This document shows, piece by piece, positions 26,231 through 33,665 of a stretch of 33,665 bases of DNA. The DNA comes from Octopus bimaculoides (Eukaryota): assembly GCF_001194135.2 (NCBI RefSeq), contig NC_069004.1:6434221-6467885 (forward strand), in the 5' to 3' direction. A program made the translations under genes and the position numbers. The notes under the pieces are model-generated. The model had not been told where the DNA came from. It was given only the letters and a program-made list of their open reading frames with translations, and made no database searches. The stretch's first letter is position 1; each line of letters begins with the position of its first letter.

Positions 26231-27557
26231 TGATGATAATGGCTGCAGAATGCAAACGAAACCTGTAGAACAATGGAATCTATGAAATATATGTTGGGTT
26301 AAAATTTTTTTTTTTTTATTTTGCTTTTTGTATTCTTTTGTAGAAGCATCTCGATTTGAAACAAATAGAAAATTTGGAGACCAAAACCATAAGGAAGTAA
26401 ATAATGGGGGATTTTAGTCAAAAATATGTACACTTCAACACATAAAAGGTATTACATTTATTCACTTTTAAAGTAAGGTATGTAACTCTGTCATACTTAA
26501 TGCAATTGACAGAAAATATCCTTCTGTCTTTCGTTTTTCTCTTTGTTTGTTTGTTCGGGTGGGGATTACTTTGAAAATATTTAGAATTTATGTGTATTAG
26601 GGCAGTAATTACTAATTTATTTTGAGAAATTTATTGTGGCGAATTTCTCATTGGTTAGTGGGTTAAAAGAAAGATAACATCATGTCCGTTTGAAAAACGC
26701 TGTAGCGTTATTCTTTAATTAGTCTCTCAGCCACTTTGTATTATACATACATACATAAATAAATTATAGCCTTACGTCCGACAAGGTTCTCCGCAGGCTG
26801 AAAATTATGATGAACAACCTTAATCGATTTTCTCATTAGAGGTGGCCACGTCATTCGGACAGCCTCCAGTAGATTAAGCAGCCAAACTGTTTATATACTC
26901 AAGCGGCCCGTGAATGGGGATCTTAGCCCACACATATATATATGGATGGATGGATGGATGGATGGATGGATGGATGCATGCATGTAGGTATGTATGTATG
27001 CTTGTATTTTCNNNNNNNNNNNNNNNNNNNNNNNNNNNNNNNNNNNNNNNNNNNNNNNNNNNNNNNNNNNNNNNNNNNNNNNNNNNNNNNNNNNNNNNNN
27101 NNNNNNNNNNNNNNNNNNNNNNNNNNNNNNNNNNNNNNNNNNNNNNNNNNNNNNNNNNNNNNNNNNNNNNNNNNNNNNNNNNNNNNNNNNNNNNNNNNNN
27201 NNNNNNNNNNNNNNNNNNNNNNNNNNNNNNNNNNNNNNNNNNNNNNNNNNNNNNNNNNNNNNNNNNNNNNNNNNNNNNNNNNNNNNNNNNNNNNNNNNNN
27301 NNNNNNNNNNNNNNNNNNNNNNNNNNNNNNNNNNNNNNNNNNNNNNNNNNNNNNNNNNNNNNNNNNNNNNNNNNNNNNNNNNNNNNNNNNNNNNNNNNNN
27401 NNNNNNNNNNNNNNNNNNNNNNNNNNNNNNNNNNNNNNNNNNNNNNNNNNNNNNNNNNNNNNNNNNNNNNNNNNNNNNNNNNNNNNNNNNNNNNNNNNNN
27501 NNNNNNNNNNNNNNNNNNNNNNNNNNNNNNNNNNNNNNNNNNNNNNNNNNNNNNNNN

Positions 27558-27605
<48 letters not shown>

Positions 27606-28149
27606 TGAAGGATAGATAGATAGACAGAGAGTGATAAATAAATAGATAGATAGACAAATAGATAGGTAGATAGATAGAGAGGTAGATACGTAAAAACATA
27701 CATATATGTATATAAGTATAATGTAAGGTAGTACCTATGTATATCTATATGCATTGAGCATGTGTGTGAGTATGCAACGCACTCGCGCTGCACTGTGCAG
27801 ATATATATGTGCGTGCATGTGCCAGATGGAATTCAAATATCAGCCAAATGTCAGTCATTGAATGCGTCTGCTCCATTTTCTTATTACTCTGTATAGATTG
27901 ATACTTACTGCATTGATCAAATATAAATGAATGATTGAGAGGGAGAGACTGTGTGCGGAGATGTAGAAAGAGATAAGGGGAAACACATTCGTCCATACAT
28001 ACATACACACACACACATGTATATATNNNNNNNNNNNNNNNNNNNNNNNNNNNNNNNNNNNNNNNNNNNNNNNNNNNNNNNNNNNNNNNNNNNNNNNNNN
28101 NNNNNNNNNNNNNNNNNNNNNNNNNNTGTGTGTGTGTGTATGCATATAT

Positions 28150-30960
28150 TATAATTTGTACCTGTGGGCTACATACCTGAGTCAATTATACATCGTTCCT
28201 TTTCGTATTTCTTTTATGTATCATCTTACTCTCCTACGACAAGTGCGCACCCGAAACTTCACTCTACTTTCATTTTCCTCTTTTCCACGTACGTACATTT
28301 CACTATGCGCAACTCATATCCTTACGTCTTTTGTTTACATGTTACCCATCACCTTTCTAACTTTTGTCTATCTACTGTAATCTCTTACATTGTCTATCTG
28401 TCCATCTGTTATTCCCCTCGTTTCATCTGAGCTTTTCCACAAATCCTTTGTAATTGTGCTGGCCTCCATGTTTAGTTAATGCATTTCTTTTTGTGTTTGT
28501 AGAATTCCTTCAGTTTCTGAGTTTTTTTCTTCCTTATCTTAACAAAATTGCGGCAGATATTTTATAACAAATTCCTAGTTCTATATATTTCTTATAATTC
28601 TCATGCTCCTGGTAAATATAATATTTCTTTTGCTGCTTTCTGTATGGTGCATTCTTCACGACGCCCGTGACGACACGACTTTTTTGGTTCTTTATAAAAA
28701 TTGAAAGATTTATCCGCTCAGGGTGAAGTGCAACTTGAGTAATCTATCTAATCTTGCTGATTCACTTAGTTTCTATTTGAGCATATGGCCATAATTTATA
28801 TCTGCAAGAACACCTACATTATTGACAACTTGTATTTCACACTCTAAGTTTACAATTTTAATCTTACGCGTCTACAGTATTCCTACTTAATCTATCCTTT
28901 CAATTGTATGAGCTTTACTCTGTCTAGTTCATTGATTTGAAAGTATTTATATGACAGTTTGGTCTAATTCTCTTATCTCTATGTGTGATTTTTGTAACAT
29001 GATAACGTGATGTTTTGGTGTTTTATTTTGTTAATAATTCCGTTCATTCGCAGGTTTCCTTCGCCCGTTCATTGTCAATCGAATACCACGATAATTACGA
29101 TTGCAATTCCGCGTCCTGTTTATAGCGGTGTTTTGTTGTTCTTAATCATCTACAATGTATTACTTTAAGTCATCCATTGACAAAAGATTGTTGATTTATC
29201 TTCCATGGTATTTATTTCCAAAGTCAGTCTGATTTACCGTATCCTTGAATGACCTCGTTAAGGCCATTCAGAAGAAGGCAGAAATAGTTCCTTTGGAATA
29301 TTCCACTCGTAAATCGGTCAATTGTCAGAGTCTTTAGATCATCAGCTGAAATCCTTAACATCCTTGTAATGTTGATCTGGATCTCTAAATTCAAATCTCG
29401 CCGATGTCTCATCATTGCCTTTCATTCTTCTTAATCGATATCGACACGTGATCGATTCGAGTGTTGATCTCATAGTCTTTCTCCTTCTCCCACTCTCTCT
29501 CTCTCTCTCTCTCTCGATCTCTCTACATGTCTCTCTCGCTTTCTCCTTCTCCCCTACCTCTCTCTCACCTTCTTCCTCTCCCGCTCTCTCTCCCTCTCTC
29601 TCTCTCTATTCTCCTTTCTACATCTTTCTCTCCCGCTCTCTCTCTCTCCCGCTCTCTCTCTCTCCCGCTCTCTCTCTCTCCCGCTCTCTCTCTCTCCCGC
29701 TCTCTCTCTCTCCCGCTCTCTCTCTCTCCCGCTCTCTCTCTCTCCATCTCTCCCTCTCTCCCTTCTCCTCTCTACATCTTTCTCTCCTGCCTTCTCTCTC
29801 TCTCTCTGTCGGTTCTTTCATCCTACACTGATACCAGTTCTGATCCTTCGACGTGAAACACTTCACCGAAGCTATTAGCTAGGCTGCTTTTGTTGTAATT
29901 TAACTGATAAAGCATATTTCCAAAATAATGCGAAGCTTTTGACTCAAACGGTATTTACTTTCTCTACATACATATTCTATGCTGTGCATATAAATGTGAC
30001 TTCTAATATTTCAATCAGAAGTTTTCAGAAAAATATCAATACTTGGGCACTTTCCAGTTATTAATAAGTTCCATCATTTAAGTTATTATTATTATTATTT
30101 TTTTTTTTTGTGCTGTTGCTCTCCTCAGTTTTTCAAGTGAGACACTACTTCTTTATGCTTGATTTTTCTTTTTTCTTTTTTTTTCTTGCTAGCAATTTCG
30201 TTTTTGGTGATTCCCACATTGTCCATAATCCTAACCAAAAATTATTCTACATCTCTTGTTCTTCGATCTACAAAATTTTTTTTTTAAATGTGTCTTTTCT
30301 TTCTCCAGGAGTTTGATTAAATCTTTTGGGCTTGAATTCTATTGTTTTGTTTTGTTTAAGGAATCGTTTCCTCTTCTTCATAACAACAGATTATTTACGA
30401 TTGATCGATGGTATCGTATCCCAACACTTCTTCCATTTCGAGTACATTATTCTTTGCATTGTGTTATGTCTCTGTAGCATCCCCCCCCCTTACACTGTTT
30501 TTATTGCTCTCCTAATTTTTTGGTTCTTTCTCACATATTCCTTTACGTTGTTGATTTCATTAAAGATTATAATATATTTTCTATATTTTTCTATATCCTT
30601 ATTTTCCAAGATGTTTGCCTGGATTTAGATATTCAGACAGAAGTAGTTTTCGAGACGTACACATTTCCCTTTGTGAATACTATATCTGTTGCAAAGAATA
30701 TTTGCTTTATTCTGGGGATATTGATTTTTGCATTTGTTTTCACTCAGACAACGATGGTAGTCAGATTTGGTGGTGTTTTTATCGAGAGACTTGTTATTCC
30801 TATCGTTAAATCCTATCGCTGGGATGGTCTTTCATTGCTCCACAAAAATATCTTCTATTGATTTTAATTATTTTACGAGTTCTACCTTTAGATTATTGTC
30901 ACATTAAAATGTCTATCTTTAGAATGGCTATTCTTAAATATTTTTCATTATCTGGTATCT
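28150..30960 (-). mobile_element. R4/Dong-clade non-LTR retrotransposon fossil (reverse transcriptase pseudogene)
   Basis: Cross-frame translation in family order: EFKPKRF...NFWLGLW (30223-30340; cf. SNPKxFY...FWxxIW), NWKVP...NF*LKY (30045-30059 and downstream; cf. NWKAPGxDxIxNFWLKxL), SGIFQ..FCLLLNGL (GIFQ at 29293-29304; cf. RGIFQGDSLSPLLFCLALNPL), KINQ..MDDLK*Y (29163-29177; cf. INHLxYMDDLKLY), IRELDQ (~28960), KLSESARLDR (~28750; cf. WxxSELxxLDR). The outer boundaries are uncertain. Family assignment is from recalled consensus. Confidence 0.8.
29480..29810. repeat. (CT)n polypyrimidine tract with a repeated CTCCCG(CT)n unit, inserted within the R4/Dong RT region
   Basis: Direct reading; tcccgctctctctctc recurs about 6 times at 29630-29740. 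Confidence 0.9.
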
Positions 30961-31039
30961 TATAGCTTCCACTTGTCTCATTCATTGGATTGCAGCCATA
31001 TTATTGAAGTATTCATTTGAGCACAGTGATCCTAGCGCT

Positions 31040-31248
31040 TACTCCTTTACTTGTTTCTGTCATGTGACTGTGGCCATGCTGGAGCACCACCTTTAGTCGA
31101 GCAAATCGACCCCAGGACTTATTCTTTGTAAGCCTAGTACTTATCCTATTGGTCTCTTTTGCCGAACCGCTAAGTTACAGGGACGTAAACACACCAGCAT
31201 CTGTTGTCAAGCGATGTTGGGGAGGGGGGGACAAACACAGACACACAA

Positions 31249-31309
<61 letters not shown>

Positions 31310-31483
31310 TACATATATACGACGGGATTCTTTCAATTTCCGTCTACCAAATCCACTCACAAGGCTTTGGTCGGCCTTTGGCTATAATAGAAAACACTTG
31401 CCCAAGGTGCCATGCAGTGGGACTGAACCCGGAACCATGTGGTTGGTAAGCAACCTACTTACGACACAGCCACTCCTGCGCCT
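31040..31483 (-). mobile_element. Full-length tRNA-derived SINE, family B, with internal (TG)n(TA)n microsatellite
   Basis: Minus strand: AGGCGCAGGAGTGGCTGTGTCGTAAGTAGG...GGTTCCGGGTTCAGTCCCACTGCATGGCACCTTGGGCAAGTG (A/B-box-like head), then body, microsatellite and a 3' part ending GAAACAAGTAAAGGAG. Confidence 0.9.
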
Positions 31484-32142
31484 ATATTTATTTATTAATT
31501 AATTTATTTATTTTAACGCAGATTAAGTTTATCGTGAGGGCTTATGTTCTCTATTTTTAATAATTCTATTGTATTCAATTTCCTCCTCGTTATTTTGTTT
31601 GCTATTTCTTCGTTGTTGGATATTCTCTCTTTTAAGTTCACAATTTCAATACATGATTGTTTTCGTTTTGTTTTTCTTGTATGGTATCTAGAATTATTAG
31701 AATATATCTTTTTTATACAATTTATAGTCTGTTACGATCCTGCAATCCAACTTAGCATTTTGATCGAAGTTATTTTCTTTACGCATTAATTGTATTTATT
31801 TAATTATTTAAAGATAGAACACAGCTGCAAATTATATATGTAGGACTAAAACCTATCTTATACTCGTCTATATACTTTCGGTTTTATACACCAGAACTGA
31901 GAACTAAATCCAATATCTTACGTAAATTACCATTTTCCCCTGAAATTATTTATTCGTTTTTAGTAGTGTTGAATTTTATTTGCGCGCTTCTTCGAATGTT
32001 TTCTAAATCAAATTTCAAATATTCATATATCTTTTCACGTTAGACCGAAAGAGACCTAATGATATAGTTTCGATTAGTGTTGCTATCTAAGTGCGTCTCA
32101 ACTCTGGCACAAAATTTAGTTGTCCTCAATAATACCATTGCT

Positions 32143-32290
32143 GCACGGTTGACAACTTCCTTTTGCAGCCACGTGATTCCGCGTTCAGTCCCACTGCGTG
32201 ACACCTTGGGTAAGTGATTTCTACTATAGCCCCGAGAGACTAATATCTTGAGAGAAAATATGGTAGACGGAAACGTTGTGGAAGCCTGTC

Positions 32291-32343
<53 letters not shown>

Positions 32344-32860
32344 GTGAGAATGTGTGTATGTATGTGTGCGTGTATTTTTCTGTGTTTAATTGTTTCCTAT
32401 TTCTTTATTGCCCACAAGGGGCTAAACATAGAGGGGCCAAACAAGGACAGACAAAGGGATTAAGTCTAATTCATCGACTCCAGTACGAAACTGGTACTTA
32501 ATTTATCGACCCCGAAAGGATGAAAGGCAAAGTCGACCTCGGCGGAATTTGAACCCAGAACGTAAAGACAGACGAAATACGGTTAAGCATTTTGTCCGGT
32601 GTGCTAACGATTCTGCCAGCTCGCCGCCTTTGTGTCTTATTGTTTCCGTCTACCTCCTCACAGCTCGACAAACGTTGGTTTGTTTATGTCCCCGAGTGTA
32701 GCGGTTCTGCAAAAGAGTATGATGGAAAAAATACCAGACTTAAAAAGCTAGGAACTGGGGCCGATTTATTCAACTGAAACCGTTCAATGAGCTGCTCCAA
32801 TATGGTGGCAGTTCGATGACGGACCGAAACAAGTAAAAGATAAAATTAAAAGATAAAATA
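32143..32860 (+). mobile_element. SINE family B (sense), interrupted by a family A copy
   Basis: Head ttccgcgttcagtcccactgcgtgacaccttgggtaagtg at about 32175-32220, then (TG)n. The 3' half resumes after 32630 (gtccccg..gtagcggttctgcaaaagag...gaaacaagtaaaagataaaa). Confidence 0.85.
32400..32630 (-). mobile_element. SINE family A (tail type 3), nested in family B
   Basis: Least diverged copy of the central domain (actggtacttaatttatcgaccccgaaaggatgaaaggcaaagtcgacctcggcggaatttgaacccagaacgtaaag), with tail tattgcccacaaggggctaaacatagagggg. Confidence 0.92.
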
Positions 32861-33347
32861 TACAAAATGATATTTTCATTAAACTTCATTTCGAGCATTG
32901 ATATATAAAACCTTTAATCAAAGACCTTCCTGCCGTGACTATCACGTCTACATGCAAATCTAACACTACCATGGTTAGTAATTCATTCATCTTTGAAGAC
33001 GCTAGAAGATGATTTAAGCAAACATGGCTGTCTTTAGTAGCAGTACAAAGCATACTGCGTAAATTTTTCACGTTGATTCGTTTAACAGTTTTCCATGTGA
33101 TGGCTAATAAATAAACCATTATTGTGAACATTTGTAATACAATATGTATATTAGAGAAAATCGAAAAGCAATTGAAATTACTTAATGAATTATTTACGAT
33201 GCAGACATCCTTTAAAATTATCGTCAAATGTTTTTTGATCTCCTTAGTTTTTGCTTCTTCATTATTCATCGTTATTTTGGCGAAACGCTGGAATAAAAGT
33301 CTTCACCCGTGTAGCATGGAAATCATCATCATCATCATCATTATTAT

Positions 33348-33565
33348 TAAGGCGGCGAGCTGGCAGTATCGTTGTCACCGTGCAGGAAATGCCTAGTAGT
33401 ATTTCGCCCGTCGTTAGGTTGTGAGTTCAAATTTCGCCGAGGTCGACTTTGCTTTTCATCCTTTCGAAGTCGATAAATTAAGTACCAGTGAAACACTGGG
33501 GTTGATGCAATTAAGGAGTCCCCTCCCACAACATTTCAGACCTTGTGACTTTAGTAGAAAAGATA
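33348..33565 (+). mobile_element. SINE family A (sense, tail type 2)
   Basis: TAAGGCGGCGAGCTGGCAGTATCGTT...GAGTTCAAATTTCGCCGAGGTCGACTTTGCTTTTCATCCTTTCGAAGTCGATAAATTAAGTACCAG...GACCTTGTGACTTTAGTAGAAAAG; between (ATC/ATT)n and (GTT)n. Confidence 0.92.
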
Positions 33566-33665
33566 GTTGTTGTTGTTATTATTGTTGTTGTCATTATTCA
33601 AACGCTGTTACGAGTTGGTTTAATTAGAAAGAATATTATCCTGAGGATTGGTGACAACACGTCTC

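Noticed and set aside
29824-29875. Hairpin CTTCG-AC-GTGAA-ACAC-TTCAC-CGAAG near CTGAT, as a hammerhead
   Set aside because: Lacks a correctly placed CUGANGA/GAAA core and lies inside the R4/Dong RT coding fossil.
33348-33440. tRNA gene
   Set aside because: Has A/B-box-like motifs but continues into the SINE core and is one of many diverged copies; it is a SINE head, not a tRNA.

Overview
AT-rich, repeat-saturated animal genomic DNA with 12 assembly gaps (about 4.5 kb of N) and dense (TA)n, (CA)n, (TATG)n, (GATA)n and trinucleotide microsatellites. The SINE families and composition resemble octopus/cephalopod DNA (recognition from memory, not verified). No intact protein-coding gene is supportable: the supplied ORFs are almost all N runs or microsatellites read as codons. 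Manual cross-frame translation shows two decayed autonomous elements on the minus strand. One is a near-complete Chapaev3-type (CMC) DNA transposase fossil (about 6.6-9.1 kb) split by three tandem SINEs. The other is an R4/Dong-type non-LTR retrotransposon fossil (about 28.2-31.0 kb). There are about 17 copies or fragments of two tRNA-derived SINE families, one of which carries three alternative tails. Three degenerate minimal hammerhead-ribozyme-like motifs of the Penelope-like type are present. One lies inside a nested inverted-repeat/direct-repeat structure at 12.6-13.9 kb. I found no convincing new gene system; the strongest leads are the hammerhead-bearing short elements and that nested structure.
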